Below are positions 48,231 to 62,316 of a stretch of 64,000 bases of DNA, piece by piece. Origin of the DNA: Lama glama (taxonomy: Eukaryota); the NCBI GenBank assembly GCA_028534125.1, contig CM052816.1:78556001-78620000 (forward strand), read 5' to 3'. The notes under the pieces were generated by a model. The model worked only from the letters and a program-made list of their open reading frames with translations, made no database searches and was not told where the DNA came from. Position 1 is the first letter of the stretch, and each line of letters starts with the position of its first letter. Position numbers and translations under genes: made by a program.

Positions 48231-49159
48231 AACTTGGCAGCTTCAGTTGCTCATTAAGCCTTTCCTGTCCTACCCAACCCCCACTAAACACCCACGCTCA
48301 ACTCAGTTGTTCAAGAAACTGGGGTGACTGGAAACCATAAGAGGCAAAATTCCCCACCTCTCAGGCCATCTGCAGCTGCCACTTCTGCATGGCTTCTCTC
48401 CCCACAGAGCCTGAGCTCCTCATCCCTTCCCTCCATACACAGGGCCAGCCCCAACCCCAGGTCTTACTGATGCTGACCTTCTGCAGACTTTTGGAGAACT
48501 TCTGTTTTGTTCTTGAGACCCTTCCCCACCTGTGGCCCATTCTGGGTAACTGTATTCCTTATACCTAATTTCTGGCTGTTGACCTGGTACTCCACATCCT
48601 CTAGGACCCAGATCACCCTTTGGTATTGTCATCCCCGAGCCTGGCACCTGCTCAGCGTGCCCTTGAAGCCTCCTGCCAGCCTGCTTGGAAATCACAGGTG
48701 GGCCTGTGCACTTACAGGGACCAGCTTTTCTCTAGGAACTGGGCCCCCTACCTGAGATCTGGGGAGCCTTCCAGAGGTTACTTCCAGTTTGCTGAATTGG
48801 ACTTTCTTCCACTATTCTTTGAATTTATTACTTTTCTTAACTGGATCATATCATTTTCTCTCTCCACTCTGAGTTTCTATTCCTGACACTACTCCAGAAA
48901 GGCCTAAAGCGAAGTTGGGGGATGGGGTGAGAAGTATGGCAGAGAGGGAGGCTACTTGCCAACACTGACCAGTGTCCCAGCTTTCACACACTTCGGCCTT
49001 CAGGTCCATCTGAGGCCAGCTGGAGGGGTGCGGGCCTAGGTAAAGCTGAGACCTGTAAGTGGGGCAGGGAGTCCTGGGAGCACTTGATAAAGTGCATATC
49101 TATATTCTTGGCTGAATTCTGCTTCAAATATTTTTGCTGCAGTTAATATATAGAAACCT

Positions 49160-49790
49160 TTTTTTTAGTTCCAAAACTCACACATGCTTATTATTTTTAA
49201 AAATCTAAATAATCCTGAATTTTATGGGTAGAAAATAGAAGCTCCCTTCATCCTATCCAACTCCTTCCCCATTCCCAGTCCCCTCCCCAGGGGTTACTCA
49301 CCGTTAACCATTTCATGTATATTGTTCCAGATATCTTCTCTGAACATAGAAAGTCATATAATTTTTCTATTATATACACTGCTCTGCAACTTGCCTGTGT
49401 TTTTTAATTGAACAGCTTACTGTAGAACCATTTCTGGCTATATATTGTGAGAACATTAGCATTTATAGCCATGCCATTGTTTTTTTAAACAACTGATTGA
49501 TTCTATATTATAAACATAATGGAATCAAGTAGTGATAATTTAATTAGTATCCTGTTAATAGATATTAGAGGATTTTTTCCTTTCTCCTTCTTCTTTTCTT
49601 TCTTTCTTTTTTTTTTCTTTTTTTCTTTTACACCAATGCTGCAATGAACATTCCTATAAATGTATCTTTGAACATGTGCATGGGTAGTTAGATAGAATAA
49701 ATTATTCCTGGAAGTGAATTTGCGTAATAGCCACTGCCAAATTGCCCTCCAAAGTGTTGATTTACCCTCCTGCCAACAGTGTAAGAGTGA
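49160..49790 (-). mobile_element. Old L1ME fragment
   Basis: cactgctctgcaacttgc ... aatgctgcaatgaacattcct ... tgccaaattgccctccaaa. Confidence 0.75.
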
Positions 49791-51198
49791 ATGAGAAGAT
49801 TAGGGTTGTAAATATTTTTACAAAATACTTTTTCTAAGCAAGGGAGGCAAAATTGTTGGGCGCTAATGTCATAAGTTAAGAAAGCACCAAACTGTATCAG
49901 ATCTCAGGCACAGGGTTAGCCCAAGATGCACAAATGAATAGCAAAGTCAGGGGCCAAGAGAGATACTGGGTGAGATATGAGCTGGGGTTGGGTCTAGTCT
50001 CTTGAGACCAGTGTCCATTTCAGGAATTTTAACTTGCACCTAGTGGTGGCTAGTGTATTTAAAGGAACTGCCCCAGGCTGGACGAGGTGCGGCTTTGTGC
50101 AGATGTCACTGTTAAGAGTACAGGTCATCAGGGTTTTGGTTTTAACTTATTGGTGGGGGCAAAGCAGAGCTCTCTGTCTCCTATGGCTCTGGAGAGGTGA
50201 CATTGCCACGCGTCAGCCAAGACTATTTACACAAACACATTGGGCCCGCTGCCACTTTCCCCTGAGGGAACATAACACACAGCCAAGCACACAGTTGCAG
50301 CTGGGGTTTGAGCTGCATGTGAACACGACCCAGCATTTGGAGTTCTCCCCAGGAAAAAGGCAAAGCCATAAACAGAGAGGTCTGAGACTCAAAGCAGAAC
50401 CCCTGGTCTGCCGCTTAACAGCTGGGTAGCAAGTTGCATAAGTTCTCTGAGTATCTTTCTTATAGAAAACGAGGCTATAAGCAGACCTCAAAGATTGTTG
50501 TGAAGATTAGACAGGATGTAAAACACCTGACACCATGGCTGGCCCGTAGCACCTGCTCACATGACCTCTTTTAGATGAACACCATTCAGAAGACCCGGTG
50601 CACCACATTTGAGAGGCTGAGAGAAGATATGGTAATTTCAATGAACTTTCCTCAGAAACGCACAATTTACTTTCAACTCTGCCCATAGATTCTTGAGCAT
50701 GACAGAAAATGAATATCCAACTTCCAACCAAAGGCTTTGGAACAATGACCCCAACCAAATAAACCCAAGAAAAATGTGACTTCAGTGTCTTTGTTTTTTC
50801 TCCCCTTAAGTGTATTTTGTCGAGGAAAAAGATATAAATAAGTGAAAAGTTTACCCCAATATAACATTCTCTAAAACGACACTGTGGGAAAAGCAGCAAG
50901 TAAAAACCTTTAGGGTGTATTTCCTTTCTGTGAATTTAACTCGCATAACACAAAATCATTGATTTTAAAATATTCACCACCAAAAACCATTAAAGGCAAG
51001 TACAGCCAATGTTTGTAGAAAGAATCACCTCTTTCTTACAGTTTTGGACTTTTATGAAAATGTTTTTGTAAAAAAAAAATAAGGGTTCTAGGGTTGACTG
51101 GTTAATATTTTAGCAAGAGATGTCAGAAAAATCTTCGTAAATCCAAGATTTTCTTTAGTTCTTATACACTGTAGAAAGTGAATGATTTCCAAGATTTA

Positions 51199-51212
51199 CC
51201 ACCAGAGGGCAC
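51199..51212 (+). promoter_or_regulatory. Consensus CTCF motif
   Basis: CCACCAGAGGGCAC matches CCASYAGRKGGCRS at 14/14, in sequence with no recognisable repeat; an AP-1 site (TGAGTCA) lies about 10 bp downstream. Confidence 0.7.
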
Positions 51213-53079
51213 TGATGGCAAACTGAGTCACAAAGTCACATACAGTGTATTCGGCCTTGCTATCACCAAAATGCCCCCCTTTTAATTGAGCAAAACTGTG
51301 AATAAAAATACTTCACAGTAGCATTGACTGAAAGCAAAATGTCTAACTACATGCAGACACTGATCGTATGTATAAGTGTTGCTTTCTTGTTAAAAGCAGC
51401 AATGCATACAATTTAAAATAGGGCAGAACCAAGAACGCGTTCAGAATAAGCAGGCACTCATCTCGGGCCTGCTTCCCAGTGTTCCTCTGGTTCTCAGCGT
51501 TTGTACCACTCCTCAGGTTTAGTATCTGATAAGCTCCAGTGAGGCTGTTTTACAAAAAAACCTGGTATTCTAGATAAGATCTGAGTTTGAATCCCAGCTT
51601 TTCCACATGATAACTCTGTGACCTTAACAAAGTCTCGAGGCCTCAGTTTCCTCACCTGTGAGATGGAGCAGTAATACTTGGCTTGCCAAGCTCTGGTAAG
51701 GTGTAGGAGTGCCTACGTCAGGGCTGGCATTTACTAGAATCGTAGACAGGATTCATGCATGTAAAGATCCTGAGTAGAAAGTACTGTTGTTATTCCTAAA
51801 TCACAGTCATGAAACCGAGGTTAAATAACATGCCGAAGGCCACAGAGCTACAAAGGAGCAGGGAGGCTTACAAAGCTCCCGTTGTGTTTACTTTCCACTC
51901 TGCTTCCCCTTGAAGGGCGGGGGGTGGGTAGGCAGGGTTGTGTGTTATGCTTCTTTGCACCTCCAAGGCTGCTAAACATGATTGTACTCAATAAATGCCT
52001 GGTGGACATGATGAATATGCATATGTAGTAACTTCTGGGAAAGAAATGATGTAAAAATGCAATTTGCTCTGAAAAATCAAAGAACTTTACCAAAGCCAAG
52101 TATTGTTATCATCTTTATTATTATCATTGTCATCATGATAAAATGCATCACTGGTTTGGCAGATTACAGGGTGACGATATGCAGAAACTGTAATTCAGTC
52201 TAAAAGGTGCCCAGTTTCTGGAATTAGAAAGAAAGGGAGGGCAAGCTGGGGTCCAGGTGGTTCAGAGTTTCTGAGCGGGGAGAGGGACCAAGGACACTCG
52301 CAGGTAAGCTGGTCCAGGACCCAGCAGGTGGCCACACCTGGATGAGCCCCACCTCCCCCGCAAGACACAATCTGAATCTGAAGGGGCCTCAGCCCCGAAG
52401 CCAGTGAGTAAGGCGTAATTCTTGTTTGCTTCCTGGCCTTTGTGTGCCCATCCCTGTCACTGTCCCCATCACAGTAACTTGCCATCAGAGACCATGTCTA
52501 GGCCATCTTTGTGTTCCCAGTGCTAAACCTAAAAGCTCACTCAGTGGCTGTCTACAGCCTGAAAAATTAAAGGCCGCCACCACCGCAGGAAGAGGCTTTT
52601 GCCAGCATCTGTCCTGAAGCATCAACGTCAAGGGCTTTCAGGAGCCGCACCCTCAGAGCGCTGGGACCAGGGTTTTCTTGCAAAACAGGCAGTAAGAAGC
52701 CCAGGCCTGCTGCCGCTACAGCAGGCCAGACAGAAGCTAATTACAGCAACCTGAATCTGCCATGACTAACAGGCTTATTTAATTTCAAATGTTTGTTTGT
52801 TGACCTACAAAAATCAAATACAGAGGCCTCACGGGCCAGGCTGCCACTGGGGGGCCCTGGGAGCAATGTCTGTTTGCGAAGCAGTTACCTCGGCCCCATC
52901 CAGGCGGGGGTTGGGTTGCATGGTGATACCTGGAACAGAATCCACTCTGGAAACATGTCAGTTCTGTGGGGCACGTGGCTCACCCTGGGCAGCCTATGGA
53001 AGATATGAAGCTGGCCACAGAAGGCCCTCGGCCCCTGAGGGCTCTCCAGCATGAAGGCTAATTTGTGGAAATAATGAGA

Positions 53080-53730
53080 TGGTTCCCTTCATGAAGAAGC
53101 TACTATGCATCATGTCTTCACGGACATCATTACATCGATTCCTCCCATCTTTCTGAGACAGATACAACTCTTCCGGTTTTACAGGTGAGCCCCTGAGCTG
53201 CCTTGGTCATTCTGTGATAGTAAGGACAGTAACAAATATTTATTGGGCGCTTACTGTAATTCTGAACTGAGCACTTAATATAATGCCATTTAGTCCTTAT
53301 ACTAATCCTATGTGGTAAAGATGATTACTAACCCCATTTTCCAGATGAGAAAACCAAGGCTTGGGGAGGTTAAGTAACTTGCTCAAGATCACACACAGCT
53401 ACTATGTGGGAGATCCAGTGTTTCTATGATGATTTACCAGCTAATATCTATGGCAGGTATATTTCCCCGTGCCTTCTGTCATTTAAATTCCTCACAACAA
53501 GCTTGTAAGGTGGGAATTAGTATCCCCATTCTACAGATGAGGGAACTGAGGCTTGGGAAGATTAGGAAATATATCTAGGGGATCAGGATTTCAACACAGC
53601 AGTTTTACCCCAGCACTCAAGCTTGAAATCACTGCACTATGCTAGTGCCCTGGGCTAGAGGTCCTCAGATTGCAAGATGTGAAACTGGGATTCAGACCCC
53701 GTCTACTTGGCTTCACATCCTGTATCACTT
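53080..53730 (-). mobile_element. Cluster of nested MIR SINE fragments
   Basis: Three MIR cores: ttttacaggtgag; ccccattttccagatgagaaaaccaaggc; ccccattctacagatgagggaactgaggc. Confidence 0.85.
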
Positions 53731-56099
53731 CCTGGCTCTTGATTCTACAATTCTCCAAATGAAGGCTTTCATCTAAGACGCAGCAATTGCCCTTGAAGTC
53801 CAAGCATATCGGCACAGGCTACCTGACCCAAGGGCAGCCAAAGAGAAATGGAAGTGCACGGAGCTAGAAGGAGACTGGAGTAGGAAGGGAAGGACTGAGG
53901 CCAGAAGTTAAAGCCCATCACCCAAACCAGTAGCCAAGCATCTCTGTCCTGGCCAGAGGTGGGCACATTAACACTGGCAGCAAGGTGTCACCCAAGCATG
54001 GGAATTTGGAGTAGGCTTGTTATTCGTAATAATGATGCTGATGACCACTAATATTTACTGAGCATCAGTGAGGTAAGAGACATGGTTCTAGGCTCCTATA
54101 CACATTCCTCACCTATTATATCCCCACCTTGCAGACAAAGTAATTGAGGCTCAGGAACAAAGAAGACCATCCCAAGGTGACAAGTAGGAAGGGACAAAGC
54201 CAGCACCTAGATCTCACCCTAGAGCCCCCAGTCTGAGCTCTTTCTGCCACTAACATCACTAAAAGGTCAGGGGTGAGCTAACTTAATGCCTCAGTTAATT
54301 AAGTTTCATCATCTACAGAATGAGCTCTTAAGTTCCTCTCTTATGGAGGAATTTCCTCCCCCTTAGAGAGGGAATGCATTAAGGCAGTGCTTTCAAAAAG
54401 AAATCTGCCAAAGGCTTTAAAATTTTCCAGGCTGTCACTAAATAAGTATACCTGTCACAGAAAGGATATAGGTCCCTTAAAGAAGACAGCACAACATCAA
54501 AACAAAATACACCTCTATTGTTTACTGTGATCAATTAAACCCACAAAACAGGAAATGGAATTGTATCACATCTCATGAAAAATGTCATTCTCACACACAC
54601 ACACACGCACACCCACACACACCATTTCACTGCCCTAAAATTAATGTAGATTCTCCTCTGCAGGGAAGTGGGCAGGTCTGCCTGGACTGAATAGTGTGAA
54701 GTTAAATCCTGAGATCTGTATAGCACATTATAACTCCCGTACCCTTCATAAGCTTTTCCAACCCAAAGTGTCAGAGAGTTCCTAGGGAAATCCCTAAAAG
54801 ATTCAACAGGAATTCTTAGCAGCAGTTCTCACTGCTATGTTGAATATCTCCAACATAGGCCCAGAATGCAATGTAGAAGTTGTCCCAGAAGTTCCTCATC
54901 ATGAGACAGAAAGAGCTCTTTCTCTTCATCCCCTGATAGTAAGAAAAACCCAAAATGTCTTATTGATTGGGTACCTTCCCTTGAACTCAGGAAACACACT
55001 TTAATTCACATTTGCCTAGCTTGGAGTCACAATATCAAAATTTAAAATGCTAGCAAATATTTCTTTAAAAATATTCATTTCGGAATGCTTTCATGTAACA
55101 CCATAATATTTATTATAATGGTAACAAATTTGCTAAAGTCCATGTATTTAGCTGTTCTGTGTGATGGGTTTCTACTCTATATACTGCTCAGTCCCTGGAG
55201 ATTGTCACTTAATTAAATTCAGAGAAGTCTTCATGGATAGATTCCTAATTTAATGTTTCTATGCCAAGAGTCTCTGAGGTCTCATTTCTGCACAGAAAAT
55301 TCTACTGCCTCAGAAAGAGAGATTAATGAAATCAAATGGCTACTGTCTCTCCCAAGACTGAGACCTGCTCCTCTCTGAGCTCTGGATTTAGGGCCTAGGT
55401 CAGAAGAGCACCCTATCAAAGGGGAAGCCTCACTCCTTCACCCACCTGAGCACCTCTCACAGGCCAGCACCTGTCCAGCCAGCAATAGTCTTTGATCTTA
55501 AAACTCCATAGAGATATTGCAGGGCTGTTGGAAACACAGCACTTAAAATTCTCACCAACACGTTTCTCCACCTTATCCACCATCTTAGCAGAAATTCTTG
55601 TAAAACTGATGAAAAAAAGTCAAGATCTTGTGAAAACATAAGGCTTCCCATGGAAGAGGGTGTATGGCGTTTTTAAGATGTAGAGACAGTTCCAGCTCCT
55701 GGTCTTCCTGTCAGATTTCCAGATCTTCCTAACATGCTATCAAGGATGCTAATCCTCTGGGGTGCAGGGTTGGACAGCTTAAAACAGAACATGAGCCCTG
55801 TTCCCCATCTCCCCCACATCCATCCTGCTGCAGACAGAGATTACCTTAGCCTGAGGCAATGAAAGAATTAGCTTTTGAAAAGGCATTTTTTATAGAGCAG
55901 AAGTTTGTCTACTGAGCATTCTATCAACCAGAGCATTTTATAAGAACGAAACTGCTTACAAATGTATAAAGATTTTTATTCTTTAAAATGATAATTTTGA
56001 GGTCCTAAGATCCTGTTGCATCACCCAGTAGCTACTTGGTGTCTGTATCCTGTGGATTCTGTTTCCACAGTAACTCTGGCTATGCATCTCTTTTTCCTG

Positions 56100-56720
56100 C
56101 TCTTTCTCAGAGAAGGACTTCATCCTGTCTCACCTGGTCTGCCATCATCTCCTAACTGATGTTCTTGCCAATCTTCCCCACACATCACACACTGCCATAT
56201 TACTCATCTAAAGAACAGGTCCAGTTTTTGTTATTCCTCTGCTCAAATACCTTCAGTAGCACCCAGAGCCCCCTGCAGTCTTTGATCTGCCATTGAGTCC
56301 TCGCCAAGGTGGTCCTCAACATCCACCTTCCCAGACTCATCCTCCAGTGCTCTCCTTTGCATAGTTTCCTGTGATTTCCCACCTTCCACCCTTTACTCCT
56401 GAGATTTCAAATCACCTTCCTGCTCCCTGCCTGTCAGCATCCTACCCCCATCTTTTCAAATACTACCTCCCTCATGAAGGTTTTTCTAACCCCAAGTCCA
56501 CCTGATGCTCTAAATAAACACACACTGGATATGACCTCACCCTCCTCTGAGCCCCCATTACTCTCTGCACTTTTCTGAAGATGCCATAGCCTGCCCAGCA
56601 TGACAGATAGCTATAAACTTGCCTCAACCACAGATACCTTACAATGTTACGTGCAAATTTGCATTCTTACAATGCTCAGTACAATGTGCTGAGCACATAC
56701 CAAATACCCAAAAAATCTTA
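56100..56720 (+). mobile_element. L2 LINE fragment
   Basis: cctctgctcaaataccttcagtagcaccc ... tcaaatactacctccctcatgaagg. Confidence 0.7.
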
Positions 56721-56725
56721 GTGGG

Positions 56726-57074
56726 TGCTATGGAATGAACGCATCCACCCAAAATCCATATGTTGAAGCTCTAGTCCCCAGTGTGTTGGTATCTGGAAGT
56801 GGGATCTTTGTGAGGTGATTAGGTCATAAGGGTGGAGCCCTCATGAATGGGATTCGTGTCTTTGTAAGAAGAGACATCACAAGAGAAATGATCTCTCTCC
56901 TTACCATGTGAGGACATGGCAAGAAGCCAGATCAGAAGGAGAATCCTCACTAGACACCAAATCAGCCTGCACCTTGACCTTGGACTTCTAGCCACTAGAA
57001 CTGTGAGAAATCACTTTCTGTTGTTTCAATCACCCAGTCTATGAGACAACGTTATAGCAGCCCAAACTAAGATG
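56726..57074 (+). mobile_element. MaLR solo LTR (MLT1A-like) with perfect 5-bp TSD
   Basis: tgctatggaatgaa ... gggtggagccctcatgaatgggatt ... gttatagcagcccaaactaagatg. TSD gtggg at 56721-56725 and 57075-57079. Confidence 0.95.
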
Positions 57075-58467
57075 GTGGGTGTGTCCATGCAGGTAAACAA
57101 TATGCACACATTTGGCTTTCAGAAATATTTAGAAGAGTTTTTAATTTCCATACTTGTTAGTAAAGGATTTTGAAAGCATTGTGCTGAAAGGATTGAGAGT
57201 ATATATGATACATGCAGAATAAATGAAATATCTTACTCAACTGAGCCACTTTACCCATAAATGGGTTTGACAGTTCTAATGTATAATATTCTGAATGCTG
57301 CTATTTAACTTATCCCAATGATCTGAAGCCAGTCTTACATCTCCATCTCCAATTCTTGTCCCTTTCCTCTGTGGAGTTTCTTTATAGGCTTTTTTTTTTT
57401 CTTTTAAGCTCAAGTTGGTACTGAATTTTTGGCACTCACAAATCTATCACTTTAGAAATGGAGCTCAAAAAGTAATAAGCAGGCCCAGATTTGGGTTCAG
57501 TGCCCAAAATAAAATGCAATTTCTCTACTTTAATCGGATCCAGCCAAATGGCCAGTCCAATATGCAACATATGTCCAGCCAACTGGTTGGGGTCCATGCA
57601 TTTGGTTCCTTCTGTAGATTAATGAGATTATGGCATTGTTAAAAAGAGGCAGAAAATGCTAATTTGACATCTACCATGATATACTTTACAGTTTGGGGGG
57701 TTTCTGCATTTTAAGACACTTTTAATTACTTTGGTATGCTGTGCCAATGAGGACCATATGCCCGTTCATGTCCCTCCGCGCTGTCTCCATAGTCACCTGC
57801 ACATTCCCAGGCAGTGCAGACTGGCGAGAACTTGCTTATCACAGCCTCTGTTGAGAAGAATCAAAGGGCAGCCTTCCCTTCCACTTGTGCATGCATTTGC
57901 TGGTTAAAACTATTTCAGAAGAAAATAGAAGTCATTTACGTATTCGGAGCTAAAACATTAATTGACCTGTAATGAAAACTTAGTTCAAGACAAAGGAGTT
58001 AACCTGGTTTTAAGAGAAAGCTAGCCACCTGCCAATAGAGGCATTCACTAAAGGTACATTTCTCTATGACTTGGAAAAAAATTGGAATTTCACTCATACG
58101 ATGTACATTATCTACATTTTACAAAAATCACTTGTGTTTCTGCAATTTGTCACTGGGCTGGGTGCTACACGCTGCCCCAGAAGGCTGTTGGGGATGATTG
58201 ATGTGACATGTGTTAACATATAGGATATTATTTCATCTTTTGCAAATGCTTCTGAACACGCTCAGAAACTTTAGCAAAGTGGAGTTGGACCTCCCTCTTT
58301 CCATCCTCAGGGAAACCTCATCTCATGACCATCTCCTTGTATGGTGATGGACTTCACATGGGGAGGGAGCCCTGGGTGAAGGTCAGCACAACTTGCCCGT
58401 CCAAAGCCTTTACTACAAGCACATTTTGAGCTGAGCACTAAAATCTAGAAAAAGAACTAAATTATGA

Positions 58468-58710
58468 ATAATAATGGTAGCGTGACACTTATGAAGTAAC
58501 TACTATGTGCCAGACATTCTGATTAACTCATTTAATCCTCATAATCACATTCTGAGGCAGATACTTTTATTATCTCCTTCTTACAGATAAAAAAAACTGA
58601 GGCCCAGAAATGTTAAGTACTTTGTCTAAGGTCATCCAGCTGGAAGGTGATAGAGGCAGGACTGGAACTCAGACAGTCTGGGGGCGACTGCACCCTAACC
58701 TGTTACACTA
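58468..58710 (-). mobile_element. Near full-length MIR SINE
   Basis: tactatgtgccagaca ... ttacagataaaaaaaactgaggcccaga. Confidence 0.9.
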
Positions 58711-59549
58711 TAGTAAAAGAAAAACTTGAACAAAGGCAACCATCCCGCTGACATCAAGGTGAAGAGGACGAGCTTCTTTTTCCACATTCTCTTGAGCAGT
58801 TCTTGAAAATGTTTTGTTTACCATGAAAGGTTTTCACATTTTGGGGTTCCAAAATATGAAATAATGGTACATCAATTTAGTTCAACATTGGCGCGACGGC
58901 AGCCCTCCAGGGAGGAGGTGTGCAGGAAACAATGCAAAACAAAACACAAGCATGTGGATCTCCAATTCACCGAGCAAGAACACAACCGGCAGAGGAGAGA
59001 ACACAAGTGTCTTCTCCTCCCCACCCAACACCTGCTCCTCTTACAAGGCGGTACCGGTTCTTTCTCGTCTCCTGTTTTAAGGAGGCAGTAAAAGGCTTCC
59101 AGATGCAGCTGGGGCCAGCAGCTTCCCCACCAGGAGGCAGCCAGGTTGTTGCTGGCACAGACATGTAGTGGCCAGCAATGTCAAGCCCAGGAAAAGGGAT
59201 GGAAAGCAGTCTGGAGGCAGGAGTGCTGTCACAGAACTGCTCCTTCGTGCCGGCCCCTTCCACCTGTCCCCAGGCTGAGACGCACCCTCTTCTGCAGCTG
59301 CTGCAGACCCAGGGAAATGGACACTGGGAAGCCTGTGCAGGCTGGGAGTTGGGTGTTGGAGTTGGAGTTGGAGGAGGAGATTGGTAGAAAAACACAAATG
59401 AGTCCCCATCTTTTCTTTTCCACTTACAATGTTTCCTGACAGTGTGGGCCAGTGGCAATTGGAGGTGCTTTAGAGTTAGACTGAACCTCAGTCCAAACCC
59501 GAATTCTAGTCATAAGACCTTGGACCAGTCACTTGACCTGCTCCTGCTT

Positions 59550-60330
59550 TGTTCAGACTACCACTACCTGCATCCTCTGCCTGGATGCCTTGAGATCAAG
59601 TCCAAGATTTTCATGAAAACCCATAGGATCTGGCCCCTGCTTACCTCTCCAGCTTCATTTCTCACTAAAAATCTCTATGCCAGCCAGAGTAAATTTTCAA
59701 AGGTCATCTTGGTTCTCACCTCTGGGCCTCTGCATATTCTGTTCCCTAGAAACACTTTCTCTCTCCCTCCCTTTTTTTTTTTTTTAACCTAGCCAACTCC
59801 TATTCACCTTTTAGGTCTCAGCAGGATGTCTCTTCCTCCAAGAAGCCCCCCTGGCTGTCTCCTTGTGCTCCCTTAGCACCTCGTGCTTACTCACATAGAG
59901 CATCTGTAATCAAGCTCAGTGTAATGGACCGCTTGTCCCTCGGCATCTCACTGTACTATGAGCTCTTAATGGGGGCCTTTGTGCTACAAACTTCCGCAGC
60001 ACATTGTTAAGTCATGTCTCTTACTTCTTTTATGTTTCTCTTTCCTGCTAGATTGTAAGCTCCCGGAGGGCAACGACTACATGTATCTTGTCAATGTTAC
60101 AAGCCTAGCAGTGTCTAGCATGTAGCGAGAACATAATAAATATGGTTGACTGAATAAATAAATAAACTTCTCTGAACTTCAGTTCTCCCACCTGTAAAAT
60201 AGGGGGGAAGGAAACAATACTCACCTCAAGAAGTATGTGAGAAGCAAGTGAAAGAGCAGGGACAAAGCACCCGACACGTGGTAGGAGTCCGTCAGCGGCA
60301 GCCGCACTGACCACGCAGTGTACAGCCTCC
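59550..60330 (+). mobile_element. L2 fragments and a MIR fragment
   Basis: tggcccctgcttacctctccagc; ctagattgtaagctcccggagggc ... tgactgaataaa (L2 end); cttcagttctcccacctgtaaaat (MIR). Confidence 0.8.
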
Positions 60331-60651
60331 TGTTCCAATCACCCTGTAAGTCTAGAGAACGTCTGCACTCAGCAGGTGCTCACACTTCATCTCAGAATGT
60401 CACTATCACTTTCCTTAAAAACCTCTAGAAAGGAAACCACACCTCTCCCACTGGCAAATATCTGTGTTTCCCATCTTCTGTTAGTCAGTCAGTCAATAAC
60501 TATGTCTTAACCACCAACATATGCTAGATATTCAATACACTCTTCACATACTAATTTTATACCCAAAGGAACAAAGTCATCAAAGTCATTTCCAAGAGTC
60601 GTTTGTTCACGGTCTTTTTTTACCTTCTCTGTCCCTCTGGCTCTGTCTTTC

Positions 60652-60667
60652 TCACACGCACACACAC

Positions 60668-60707
<40 letters not shown>
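60652..60707. repeat. Imperfect (CA)n microsatellite
   Basis: Read directly from the sequence. Confidence 0.95.
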
Positions 60708-60709
<2 letters not shown>

Positions 60710-61926
60710 GTCTCCAGGACCCTAACAAATGCTCAAAGGACAAAGAGATAGCCATTCATTCACATCCACCGAGGGCTCACCCAGTGCCAGCTAGAGACTG
60801 AAGCAGAGGAACAAAGACGGATGAGACACAGGCCACGCCCCTTGGGAGTTCGCAGTCCTTTGGTGGGAACAGGCACCTAAACCGGTAACTCCAGGATGTA
60901 GTAAATAGAACAACGGCAGGCAATGCAGGGTAGTACCCTGGAAGCCCAGAGGAGGGAGCTAGAGCACAACCTAGTCAGACTCTAAAATGGCCTTAGAAGC
61001 CGGCAATTTCAGACCTGACTCTTGGCTGCACCTCCAGCCCCCTTGCTCTCATTCTGTCCTCTGTGAAGATGGAGAACAGTTCATCAGTATCTTCCTCATA
61101 ATAACGGCCCCACTCCATCATAAAGGCCGGCTCTAATGAACACAGATGTCGCCAGGGACACGGTTCTGGTGAATACTTCACTGTCACAGAAGTCTACAAG
61201 ACGGGACTTGGAGTCTGTCCAGTCGCTTTAACGGGAGCTTTCTGAGCACTCGCTATTCTAACCCTTTGTAGCTAAGCTCTTTGTAGGTGGTTGTGCAAAA
61301 ATATCCCTGTTTGTTTCCTCTGAGGACTACTTTTTAAGTTCTGACTTGGACTTCAACCCTCCTAGCACTTTATTTTGTTTCAAAAAACAGGGCTCAACTG
61401 AGATTCAAAATCATTACTAAATTAAAAAAACAAAACAAAAAACAAACTTGTATGAATTACAGGTGCCATGAAAGCTCCTTTTCCTGTCTTGTTCATGAGG
61501 AAGGACACATTTCTTTCTGTTCTGAGCGTGCTTTCAGAGGCTGGCACATGGAAGGATCCATTGCCAGCAACGGCCTTCGCAACAGGTGGCAGGACAGTCC
61601 TGGAACAGCTGTGAGCTGGGTGCTCAGAAAGGCGTTTCTGACCAGCCCCCTCTGGACCACAGGCCCTGCTCTGGACACCAGAGTCGCCACCGTGGGGAGC
61701 CTCCTGGGACCCAGAGCGCTGTCATCAAGGGAAGGAGAACCTTGTTTTCAGTGCTCAGGGAACAACACTTCTGACAACTACCAAATACCACCCACAACAT
61801 AGCCAGATAATGCGTGGCCGGGAAACAGACCCGGTAAAGTGTAAGCAGGATGCTACATTGGCAGATGGGGCGCCCTCAGCTCAGATGAGGGTGGGGGGGG
61901 TACAAGGGCACCGGTCCCTGGAGGAG

Positions 61927-62316
61927 GATATTAGTTTGCTGGGGCTGCCATGACAAGGCACCACAGACTGGGCGGCTTAAACAACAGAACTTTATTTTCT
62001 CACAATTCTGGAGGCCAGGAGTCTGAGATCAAGATGTCTACAAGGTTGTTCTTTTCTCTAAGGCCTCTTTCCTTGCCTCAGAGACGGCTACCTTCTCCCT
62101 GTGTCTTCACATAGTCTTTCCTCCGTATGTGTCTTTGTCCTAACCTTCTCTTCTTATAAGGACACCAGTCATGCTGGAGTAAGGCTCACCCCAACGGCCT
62201 CATTTAACTTTAGTCACCTCTTTAAAGACTCTATCTCTGAACAGTGACAATCCGAGGTACTGGGGGATAGGACTCCAACTTACGAGTTTTAGGGAGATAC
62301 AATTTAGCTCATAACA
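61927..62316 (-). mobile_element. MaLR solo LTR (MLT1A/B-like) with perfect 5-bp TSD
   Basis: tattagtttgctggggctgcc ... ggcttaaacaacaga ... cttcttataaggacaccagtcat ... ataaca. TSD aggag at 61922-61926 and 62317-62321. Confidence 0.95.

Noticed and set aside
54332..54374. Imperfect hairpin around ggaggaatttcctcc
   Set aside because: Too short and bulged for a pre-miRNA; low-complexity arms.
58864..59792. Stack of overlapping ORFs up to 163 aa
   Set aside because: GC-rich, contains a short hexamer repeat and MIR/L2 sequence, and gives no recognisable protein or exon structure.
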